Assembly (NCBI GenBank): GCA_965218195.1
Contig: OZ244593.1
Span: 310,893-374,892, forward strand
Origin: Chloroflexota bacterium
GTDB taxonomy: Bacteria; Chloroflexota; UBA11872; VXNJ01
Reading direction: 5' to 3'
DNA: 64,000 bases
The position numbers and the translations under genes are program-made. Of the stretch, positions 1 through 7,790 are shown piece by piece. How positions within the stretch are numbered: position 1 is the first letter of the stretch; each line of letters opens with the position of its first letter. The notes below the pieces were generated by a model. That model had not been told where the DNA came from, searched no databases, and saw nothing but the letters and a program-made list of their open reading frames with translations.

Positions 1-5
1 ATCCA

Positions 6-317
6 GTGACTGTAGGATTTGCCTTCGTCGGCCTAGCCATCTTGCTACTTAGTTGCCTGGCGACACTTCTCGGCTTGGCCCAAAAAGGCTCGTGGTCCGC
101 TCCGGACCCACGCACTCTGCGATCGAAATACCTCGCCACTGACCCTCGCGAGCTGCGTCTGTTACTTACTGATACGCGCGTCGAGCTATTCGAACTCAAC
201 GAAAAACGTTTGAATAGACAATTCTGGGGATTCATATTATTGGTTTTAATGCTGACGCTTGGCATCCTTTTCCTTCTCGTTGCAGCAATAATGAGTGCGA
301 CGCTCAACGGTGCATGA
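6..317 (+). CDS. Hypothetical membrane protein, possibly 5'-truncated by the window edge
   Basis: 103-aa ORF with hydrophobic stretches at both ends; family not recognised. Confidence 0.55.
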   Translation: MTVGFAFVGLAILLLSCLATLLGLAQKGSWSAPDPRTLRSKYLATDPRELRLLLTDTRVELFELNEKRLNRQFWGFILLVLMLTLGILFLLVAAIMSATLNGA

Positions 318-427
318 CACTCTGACATTCGCCCAATTTGCGTTACTGGCTAGCGAAGATCAGGCGGTCCGCCTATGAACAGATGCTAAAATCAAAGGGT
401 AGGCTTCCAGGCGACATGAGGTTAGCA

Positions 428-631
428 ATGGCTAACGACTCACAAGACAAGAAGGCTGCCGGGCCGAAAAGACCGCCGCCAATAAGGGCCGATCTTGACT
501 TGGCTGTGATTATTCGAAGCGGCGACAGCGCCAGACGGAAAAAAGAGCGCAAACGCAAGGTAGTCAGACACCCCAGCTCTGGCTACTATCTGCTGCGTCA
601 GCGGATAAAAAAGACTAAGCAGTCTGTCTGA
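428..631 (+). CDS. Small basic hypothetical protein (67 aa)
   Basis: ATG at 428 preceded by GAGGT; in frame with track ORF 338..631; K/R-rich. Confidence 0.35.
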   Translation: MANDSQDKKAAGPKRPPPIRADLDLAVIIRSGDSARRKKERKRKVVRHPSSGYYLLRQRIKKTKQSV

Positions 632-828
632 ATTCGTCACGTCTGAGGCAGAGCAGCTCCCGCCGGATAGTGGCCAATCGCCAGCGCATTAAAACGCCTC
701 GATCGTCTCAGTGTGTAGACAAGATGGCGTTGATATCGGACTCATATTGGCCGCCTTGAAGGCTTGGGCCTGCGTCAAAGCTTGGAATCGGATCTGCCTG
801 CAGTGACCAACCTAGGCGGCTTCTGCAA

Positions 829-1967
829 ATGAGAATTACGGACCTCAAGACCTTCACCGTCAACACCGGCGGGAGCAACTGGGTATTCGCAAAGGTCTAC
901 ACCGACGAAGGCATAACCGGGCTCGGTGAAGGGCACGTCGCCACCAAAGACGAAGCCACGGCGGCCGCCATCATGGAGCACAAGCGGTTTCTGCTGGGCA
1001 AGAACCCGTTCGAGATCGAGCGGCTGTGGCAGGCGATGTACCGTTATCCCCGCTGGCGGGGCGGCCCCGTGCTGAACAGCGCCATCAGCGCGGTCGAGCT
1101 GGCCCTGTGGGACATTCTCGGAAAGGCCCTCGATGTTCCGGTCTATCAGCTTCTAGGGGGCGCCTGCCGGGACCGGATCAGCTCTACGCCCACGTGGGGG
1201 GCGACACTCCTTCAGCCGCCGCCGAGCACGCCGCGGAGCTCGTCGAATCGGGGTTCAACGCGATGAAGACGGGACCGGTTTGGGCGGACGCCGAAGGCGT
1301 GATCGCCATGCCGCCCGACATTGCGGGTGAAGCGGCTCGGATAGGCGCAATCCGCGACGCGGTGGGTGATGGCGTCGACATCATGGTCGACGCGCACGGA
1401 CGCCCGAATCTGCCGGCCGCCGCCGCTCTCGCGCGGCGCATCGAGGAATTCGACATCATGTTTCTGGAAGAAGCGACGCCTCCGGAGGACATCGATGCGC
1501 TCGAATGGCTGGGCGCAAGAACCAGCATCCCGCTGGCGACCGGCGAGCGCCTGTTCACCAAGTGGGGGTTCACGGAGATCGTTGAGCGCCACCTCGTCAA
1601 CTACGTTCAGCCCGACATCGTCCACGCGGGCGGCATCCTGGAGATGAAGAAAATAGCCGCGATGGCCGAGTCGCGCTTTATCGAGGTCGCTCCACACAAC
1701 CCTCAAAGCTGGGTAAGCACCATGGCCTCGCTGCACCTCGACGCGTGCACGCCCAACTGCGTAATTCAGGAGTATGTGTATCCCGGACCCGATTTCCAGG
1801 CCGATATTTTCGAGGGCGGACCGGTGATAGTGGACGGCTACGCCCAACTGCCTTCAGGGCCCGGACTCGGCATCGACCTCAACGAAGCGGAAGCCGCAAA
1901 GCATCCATACGCACCCGTCCACCGTCCTCACTGGGTCTGGCGGGACGGCTCCGTGGCGGATTGGTAA
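829..1967 (+). pseudogene. Mandelate racemase/enolase-family sugar-acid dehydratase (DgoD-like), split by a 1-nt deletion
   Basis: N-terminal half in ORF 829..1266 (SAVELALWDILGK..VYQLLGG) and C-terminal half in ORF 1026..1967 (IMVDAH, FLEE, GERL, QPD, PHNP); frames join at 1180-1181. Confidence 0.85.
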
Positions 1968-2554
1968 AGGCGGGCGCGGCCACACGCCAGCTAATCCTCG
2001 TAAGGCACTCGCTGCCTGAAATAGCTGCGGGCGTCGCGCCAGGCGAGTGGACGTTATCACGCAAAGGTCGGGAGCGAGCCGACGTATTGGCCCTGGAGCT
2101 ATCGAGCCGCAAACCCGACATCGTCTTTTCGAGCACCGAGCCGAAGGCGGTCGAAACCGGCGACATAATCGCGCGGGAGCTGGGGACTCGCAATCAAGTC
2201 ATTCCCGACCTCCACGAGCACGAAGGACGCCGGGCCGGTTGCTGGGTGTCCGAACCCGAATTCAGGGCCAGACTGTTCCGATTCTTCAGCAACTCTTCCA
2301 CACTGGTATTTGGAACGGAAACCGCCGACGGCGCTCACGACCGCTTCACCCTGGCAATCGGTGGCATCGCGGCGAAAGTTTCAAGTGGATGCGCCGTCGT
2401 CGTTAGCCACGGGACCGTCATCTCACTTTTCAGCGCCCGTGCCAACGGGCTCGATCCAAATGAGGTCTGGGGCCGCCTAACGTCCCCGGGGTTTATTCGG
2501 ATACGAATCCCGGGGTTCGAAATCCTGGAAGAGTGGCGCTTTCCCGATAGCTAG
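1961..2554 (+). CDS. Histidine phosphatase family protein
   Basis: LILVRHS motif, FSSTEPKAVETG, LHEH, VVVSHG; in-frame TTG at 1961 overlaps the upstream stop. Confidence 0.8.
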   Translation: MVKAGAATRQLILVRHSLPEIAAGVAPGEWTLSRKGRERADVLALELSSRKPDIVFSSTEPKAVETGDIIARELGTRNQVIPDLHEHEGRRAGCWVSEPEFRARLFRFFSNSSTLVFGTETADGAHDRFTLAIGGIAAKVSSGCAVVVSHGTVISLFSARANGLDPNEVWGRLTSPGFIRIRIPGFEILEEWRFPDS

Positions 2555-2636
2555 CTCTATCCAGTAAATCAAGCAAATATCCGCTTAGCGCCCATCCACG
2601 ACGGCCGCTCAGACCGTCCGAGTTTGCAGGTGGCCG

Positions 2637-3584
2637 CTAACCGTCCACTCTGTAGAGGACCTCATCGCCGCGCTCCACGCGGGCCACGTTGTCCGCCACC
2701 AGCGCGGCGGTGTTTCTTACGAACAGGTCCGTCATGCTGGCCGAGTGCGGCGTGGCCGCCACCTGATACTGGAGGAATTCGTCGTTTGGGTCCGGCGGCT
2801 CGACCCAAAAGACATCCAGCCCCGCGCCGGCGATCTTGCCCGACCGCAGCGCCGCCACAAACGGCTCCTTTTCGATCACCGGTCCTCTGCAAATGTTTAC
2901 CACGAACGCTCCCGGCTTGAGGGCGTCGATGGCGTCCTTGCCGAGCATTCCGTTCGTCTCGTCCGTCAGCGGCACTGCAAAACAAACGAAATCGCATTCA
3001 GGAAGCACACCCAGGAACTCGTCGGGGCCGACGAGCTTGTCGATTCCGAATTCTTTTCGGAGATCTTCAGAGACGGTCCGCTTCACACCGATAATCCTGC
3101 ACCGGAACGGCTTGAGCATCTCAGCCAGCGCCCGACCGACGTTGCCCATTCCGACGATGACAACTGTTTTGTCGAAAAGCGTGATCCCCATGGGTATCGC
3201 GCCGGACTGCTCCTGGATCAACTGAGTTTGCCTTGGCAAGAATCTGCCGGCCGCGATCAGGTGAAACAGCGCGAACTCCGCCACCATGTCGCCTATGCCC
3301 GTAACCTCGCCGGGCGCGTTGGCAACGGGTATGCCCCGTTCCCTGGCCGCGGGGATATCGACCATGTCGACGCCCACTCCAAACTGCTGGATCAGCTTCA
3401 ATCCGGGCGCGCTGGCCATGTCGGCTGCGGTTATCGGCCCGCGGGCGGGAATATACACGTTTGCGCTGTGTACTTGCTCGCTCACCTCCGCTTCCGCGCA
3501 GCGGCGGACGTCGTGCTGAGGCATCACTCTTACCATCTCTTGATACATGTCTTCCAGGTAATCGGTCCCTACTAGGATTTCCAA
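2637..3584 (-). CDS. D-isomer-specific 2-hydroxyacid dehydrogenase
   Basis: VIVGMGNVG Rossmann motif, VNICRGPV, AGLDVFWVEP, ATPH. Confidence 0.9.
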   Translation of the reverse strand: MEILVGTDYLEDMYQEMVRVMPQHDVRRCAEAEVSEQVHSANVYIPARGPITAADMASAPGLKLIQQFGVGVDMVDIPAARERGIPVANAPGEVTGIGDMVAEFALFHLIAAGRFLPRQTQLIQEQSGAIPMGITLFDKTVVIVGMGNVGRALAEMLKPFRCRIIGVKRTVSEDLRKEFGIDKLVGPDEFLGVLPECDFVCFAVPLTDETNGMLGKDAIDALKPGAFVVNICRGPVIEKEPFVAALRSGKIAGAGLDVFWVEPPDPNDEFLQYQVAATPHSASMTDLFVRNTAALVADNVARVERGDEVLYRVDG

Positions 3585-3695
3585 ATTCCGACTCCAAACT
3601 CGCTTCTAGTTACGGCCCCGAATGATACGCCGATTCCATTAACGGAGATTACTAGAAGCCGTCGGGCCGCCGGGTCTACCTGACGGGCGAGAATG

Positions 3696-3890
3696 CTACC
3701 GACGTTCACTGGCGCGGCGGACCGCGAATCCGGCGTACGCAAGCACGGCTCCGACGGCCGCTATCCCGATTCCGTATGCGATCCACGAGCGGTCGCCGAC
3801 CATGAATGAGCTCGAGGGACCTACAAGACCCAAGCCTTGAAGCGTAAAGGTCCCACCGACCAGCATCGCCACCACCCCGGCGGCCAGCAT
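3696..3890 (-). CDS. Small two-TM membrane protein
   Basis: 64-aa hydrophobic ORF; a diverged copy near 5060-5200 differs mostly at third codon positions, which supports real coding. Confidence 0.7.
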   Translation of the reverse strand: MLAAGVVAMLVGGTFTLQGLGLVGPSSSFMVGDRSWIAYGIGIAAVGAVLAYAGFAVRRASERR

Positions 3891-3916
3891 GATCGTTCCG
3901 AACGCTCGGCGGAGGG

Positions 3917-4315
3917 TTAGCCGTTCGATGTCGCTGGTTCTTCCTCGGTCGCGCAGAATTCCTGATCCATGATCGTGCGCGCCGCGTTCGGCGACGCGTA
4001 AACCCAGAACATCGTCATCGGACTTTCGTCGCTGGCGTTGCTGTACCTGTGCGGCGCGTCCGCCTGGACCACCGACGTGTCGAAAGGTCTAAGTCTGGTG
4101 CGGCGTCCGTCTACGTCCAGACAGGCTTCTCCAGCCAGGATGGTGACCGATTCCTCGCAATCGTGCGTGTGACATGCTAGTCCGGCGCCCGGTCCGAACG
4201 TAGCCATGCCCGAGTGCAGCGCGGTCGATCCCGTCGTCTCGTGACTGAGAACCGTCACGTCGATGCCAGACTCGATCTCGAACGACTCGGCCTCTTCACT
4301 TCGAATTACAGGCAT
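3917..4315 (-). CDS. Cupin domain protein
   Basis: Cupin motifs CHTHDCEE and PHRYSN. Confidence 0.85.
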   Translation of the reverse strand: MPVIRSEEAESFEIESGIDVTVLSHETTGSTALHSGMATFGPGAGLACHTHDCEESVTILAGEACLDVDGRRTRLRPFDTSVVQADAPHRYSNASDESPMTMFWVYASPNAARTIMDQEFCATEEEPATSNG

Positions 4316-4350
4316 GGATGCTCCGTTGTGTTTGCAAAGGTATGTCTCCG

Positions 4351-4638
4351 TCAGACAGTGATACGCAGTTGCATTCCCAGCGCGCGAGTGATCCGCATCA
4401 CTGTGGCGAAGCTGGGGTTGCCGTTCTCGGACAACGCTTTATAGAGCCCTTCGCGAGTCATCCCGACTTCGCGGGCCAGGCGGCTCATGTTCTGGGCTCG
4501 CGCGATGTCGTTCAGGGCAGCGCGAATCAAGCTGCCGTCGCCAGGGTCGTCGTCCACGCACGCTTCGAGGTAGAGGCAGACATCCTCTCTGGTCTGAAGG
4601 TGCTCGGTGACGTCCCATCGGGTGAATGTTTCAGCCAT
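4351..4638 (-). CDS. Addiction-module antidote protein (HI1420-like HTH antitoxin)
   Basis: MAETFTRWD..LIRAALNDIARAQNMSRLAREVGMTREGLYKALSENGNPSFATV; GGAGG upstream of ATG. Confidence 0.9.
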   Translation of the reverse strand: MAETFTRWDVTEHLQTREDVCLYLEACVDDDPGDGSLIRAALNDIARAQNMSRLAREVGMTREGLYKALSENGNPSFATVMRITRALGMQLRITV

Positions 4639-4943
4639 TTGTACCTCCAACCTTTCGCGAGTCGTTTGGCATGCTCAATGTCACGTCGCTGGCTGCTTTT
4701 TTCGCCGCCACAGAGCAAGACAACGACGGTCGCACCTTCGCGTATGAAATAGATGCGATAGCCCGGCCCATAATGAACACGCAGTTCGGATACGCCGTCG
4801 TCTACTGACCTAGCGTCGCCGAGGTTGCCCATCGAAACGCTTCTCAATCGAGCGTTGATCCGGGCGACCGCCCGTCTGTCTTGCAAGCCACGAATCCATC
4901 GCTTGAATGTGCCACTTTCGACTACGACCTTGATCATGCGCAT
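4527..4943 (-). CDS. Addiction-module killer protein (HI1419-like RelE/HigB toxin) with C-terminal read-through extension
   Basis: GNLGDARSVDDGVSELRVHYGPGYRIYF..VVLLCGGEKSSQRRDI; toxin precedes antitoxin. Confidence 0.85.
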   Translation of the reverse strand: MRMIKVVVESGTFKRWIRGLQDRRAVARINARLRSVSMGNLGDARSVDDGVSELRVHYGPGYRIYFIREGATVVVLLCGGEKSSQRRDIEHAKRLAKGWRYKWLKHSPDGTSPSTFRPERMSASTSKRAWTTTLATAA

Positions 4944-4950
4944 TATGCAT

Positions 4951-4979
4951 ATTGTAAACCATAGTTCACAGTGTGGGAA
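4951..4979 (-). promoter_or_regulatory. Putative TA promoter with palindromic operator
   Basis: Minus strand TTCCCA-17 nt-TACAAT; imperfect palindrome TGTAAACCATAGTTCACA at 4953-4970 overlaps the spacer and -10. Confidence 0.5.
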
Positions 4980-5056
4980 GGCTGTCCCGATGACCCGCCC
5001 CTGAGCGTGCGACGTCCAGATCATCCGGGCTAAGTTGAAAAGGGAAGGTCGGCTGA

Positions 5057-5332
5057 CCGCGGCACCGCTTGCCGCTATTCCCATCCCGTAAGCGGTCTAG
5101 GAGCGGTCCTCTACCATGAAAGAACTCGACGGCCCTATAAGTCCCGAACCCTGAGGCGCCAAGCTCCCTTTCAAGGGGATGGCCGCCACCCCCGCGGCCA
5201 GCAGAGTGGTCGTAAAGACCCGGCGATTTGTTAGCCGTTCTACGTGGTCGGATCCTCGGCTGCGCAGAACTCCCGACCCATGATCGTGCGACCTGCATTC
5301 GGCGATGCGTAAACCCGAAACATCGTCATCGG
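5057..5332 (-). pseudogene. Degenerate second copy of the small membrane gene plus the cupin 3' end
   Basis: Translates to LLAAGVAA..GLIGPSSSFMVEDRS*TAYGMGIAA and MTMFRVYASPNAGRTIMGREFCAAED; TGG>TAG at 5097-5099. Confidence 0.8.
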
Positions 5333-5423
5333 CCTGTGTTCGCCTAGGATCGAACGTGGATGGCGCCGGGTGAACTGTCGACGCCGTTGATATACTCGAC
5401 TTTCGGCAGGTGCACCTTTTTCT

Positions 5424-5511
5424 GGAGAGGTGCCCGAGTGGTCATAAGGGGTCCGTCTCGAAAACGGATAGGCGCTGAAACGCCACGTGGGTTCGAATCC
5501 CACCCTCTCCG
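5424..5511 (+). tRNA. tRNA-Ser (anticodon CGA)
   Basis: GGAGAGG/CCTCTCC acceptor stem; TCCGT-CTCGAAA-ACGGA anticodon arm; long variable arm; GGTTCGAATCC T-arm; G73. Confidence 0.95.
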
Positions 5512-5555
5512 CCGGCTTTAGCGTTGTGGCCCGGCCGCACCTGTCCACTCGAAAC

Positions 5556-5640
5556 GGAGAGGTCGCATAGTGGCCTAGTGCGCGCGCCTGGAAAGCGCGT
5601 AGGGTGAAATCCCTCGTGGGTTCGAATCCCACCCTCTCCG
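5556..5640 (+). tRNA. tRNA-Ser (anticodon GGA)
   Basis: Same acceptor stem and T-arm; CGCGC-CTGGAAA-GCGCG anticodon arm; long variable arm. Confidence 0.95.
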
Positions 5641-5644
5641 CCCA

Positions 5645-5664
5645 GCGACTCCAAACGGAGTCGC
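5645..5664 (+). terminator. Hairpin downstream of the tRNA pair
   Basis: Perfect 8-bp stem GCGACTCC-AAAC-GGAGTCGC; no U-tract. Confidence 0.35.
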
Positions 5665-5835
5665 GCCGTCGGCAGGCGATGGAACTATCCCAAGTGCGGC
5701 AAGCAGTTACGCTATGTAGTAGTTACGCAAGGCGACCGGCTGCCGGTCGATTCGATAAACGACCTGACCGCGGCCTCGCTTGCGATCAGTGGCAGATGAA
5801 CCGTCTTTGAAGCTCGCAAACGGAGGCGATAGAGC

Positions 5836-6681
5836 GTGATCATCGACACCCACAACCACTTGTGGAACATCGAGACCTCCGATCTCTACTGGCTGACGCC
5901 CGAGCTGCGCGCGGCCGGGGGACCCCTGGTGCGTGATTACCTGGTCGAGGACATGCGAGCGGCGTTCGCCACGGTGGGCGTCGACCGGTCGATTCTGGTG
6001 CAGGCGTGGCACGACCCCGGCGACAACGAACGCTGGCTCGAGCTCGCGAGCGAGACCGAGGTTATCGCGGGGGTTGTTTCATATATCGACCTTGAAGGTT
6101 CCGACGTCAACAAGCTGCTCGACCGGTTCTCGGCATATCCAAAGTTTCGCGGCATCCGCGCGACCGGTCAGGACGTGCCCGATGACGATTGGCTGGGCCG
6201 CGCGGACGTAAGAGCCGCGATCGGAGAGCTGGCCTCGCGCGGCGAGCATTCCCTGGACCTGCTTCTCACCATCCCCCAGCTAAAGGACGTCCCTCGGCTC
6301 GCCGACGAAAACCCCGACCTGCCGATGGTTCTGAACCACCTCGCGAAACCGCAAACTTCCGAGGCGGGGTATTTCGAGCCGTGGTCGGCCCTGATGAGAC
6401 CCCTCGCGGACATTCCTAATCTGGAATTCAAGATTTCCGGGATGCTCACGGAGGCGGGTCCAAATCCGGATTCGGCGACTCTCCGGCCTGCCGTTAAATT
6501 CATGATCGAAAACTATGGCTTCGAGCGGCTGATGTGGGGAAGCGACTGGCCCGTATGTCTGGCAGCCGCTAGCTACAGGACGAATTTCGATGTCACCATG
6601 GACGCCGTGGGAACGATGACCGCCTCGCAACGCGCCCTTCTGCTAGGCGGCAACGCCAAGCGGTTTTACCGGATGGCGTGA
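5836..6681 (+). CDS. Amidohydrolase_2 family, probable sugar lactonase (L-fuconolactonase-like)
   Basis: IIDTHNHLW, VLNHLAKP, FKISG, LMWGSDWPV. Confidence 0.85.
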   Translation: MIIDTHNHLWNIETSDLYWLTPELRAAGGPLVRDYLVEDMRAAFATVGVDRSILVQAWHDPGDNERWLELASETEVIAGVVSYIDLEGSDVNKLLDRFSAYPKFRGIRATGQDVPDDDWLGRADVRAAIGELASRGEHSLDLLLTIPQLKDVPRLADENPDLPMVLNHLAKPQTSEAGYFEPWSALMRPLADIPNLEFKISGMLTEAGPNPDSATLRPAVKFMIENYGFERLMWGSDWPVCLAAASYRTNFDVTMDAVGTMTASQRALLLGGNAKRFYRMA

Positions 6682-6718
6682 GCGTTCTCGCCGCTCGTCC
6701 GCCGGGCGGCAGCCCCGC

Positions 6719-7726
6719 TTAAGCCGGCTCGCCCCCTAGCGCGACAAATCTCCGCTCGCGGCTGGACGTGTAGACCGCGTGCGCCATTTCGACGGCTTTC
6801 CAGCCGTCATACGCGTTGCCCAGGGGTTGACGGTCTTCTTCGATGGCCGCCAGGAACTCCATCCAGTCCAGTCTCCACGAGTCCTTGTCCGGCTCGTGAA
6901 AGTGCCGTTCCTCGATCTCGATCTCTCCCCATTCGCCGCCGCGGCGGGCGATCCGAATGTGCGCCGAGTTGTCTATCGTGACCGCGCCCCGCTCAAAGAA
7001 AATCTCGACCGAGAAGATATGCTCCCACTGGTTCCAGCTCGCGTGCACCTGGGCGACCCCGCCCTCGGCTGTGCGAAAGAGGCCGAATCCGTTGTCCTCC
7101 ACAGGCTCGATGCTCCGCCAGTAGGCGTTGACGGCGAATCCGCACGCCTCGACGAAGTTGCCCATGAACCATCGGCAAATGTCGAGCACGTGGACGCCAT
7201 TGTCCAGAAAAGTCCCGCCGCCCGAAATCTCAGGCTCCACGAACCAGCCTTTGTCTATGGCGAACGTGCCCCTGTGACCGTACCGGCAGCGCATCCACAA
7301 GATCGAGCCGAGCTCGCCCGAATCGGCGATATCACGGGCGCGCAGAACGGCCGGGTAGTGCCGGTGGTTGAATCCGGTTTTCAGCGTCAGGCCGGTTCGC
7401 TCGGCGGCCGCGTGTACTTGGCGCGCCTCATCCGGAGTTCTGGCCAGCGGCTTCTCGCAAAGGACGTTCTTGCCGGCTTCGAGGGCGGCGATGCTCGCCG
7501 GGGCGTGAATGTCGTTGGAAGCGGAGATTATGACCGTGTCGACCTCCGGCGATTCCGCCACTTGCCGCCAGTCGGTAACGGCCTCGGCTCCGTGTTCCCG
7601 GGCCAGACGCGCGGCGCGGTCGGGCAGCGCGTCGGCTACAAGGACAAGCTTGGCGTCAGGAGTATTGGCCACAAGCCCGGCTCTCGTAGACCCCACGCCC
7701 CCGGCTCCGATCAAACCGATTTTCAT
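6719..7726 (-). CDS. Gfo/Idh/MocA family oxidoreductase
   Basis: MKIGLIGAGGVG, VLCEKPLA, GFNHRHY, GGGTFLDNGVH. Confidence 0.9.
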   Translation of the reverse strand: MKIGLIGAGGVGSTRAGLVANTPDAKLVLVADALPDRAARLAREHGAEAVTDWRQVAESPEVDTVIISASNDIHAPASIAALEAGKNVLCEKPLARTPDEARQVHAAAERTGLTLKTGFNHRHYPAVLRARDIADSGELGSILWMRCRYGHRGTFAIDKGWFVEPEISGGGTFLDNGVHVLDICRWFMGNFVEACGFAVNAYWRSIEPVEDNGFGLFRTAEGGVAQVHASWNQWEHIFSVEIFFERGAVTIDNSAHIRIARRGGEWGEIEIEERHFHEPDKDSWRLDWMEFLAAIEEDRQPLGNAYDGWKAVEMAHAVYTSSRERRFVALGGEPA

Positions 7727-7790
7727 ATTCGCTCCGAAATAACTGGTCCGGGCCGCTAGCGCGGCCCGGACCAGCATTGCTCATTCGGCT

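Noticed and set aside
1165-1200. Programmed ribosomal frameshift
   Set aside because: No slippery heptamer at the junction, and none is known to me for this family.
3602-3659. 9-bp inverted repeat GCTTCTAGT..ACTAGAAGC
   Set aside because: Short arms with a 40-nt loop, single occurrence; could be chance.
5424-5640. Prophage or island integrated at tRNA-Ser
   Set aside because: Both copies are full tRNAs; no third 3'-end copy or integrase was seen; the TA block lies 5' of the tRNAs.
5240-5654. ORFs beginning MGFEPT / containing GGIRTH
   Set aside because: Translation artefacts of the tRNA genes; only the last ~30 codons of 5240..5632 are a real cupin remnant.
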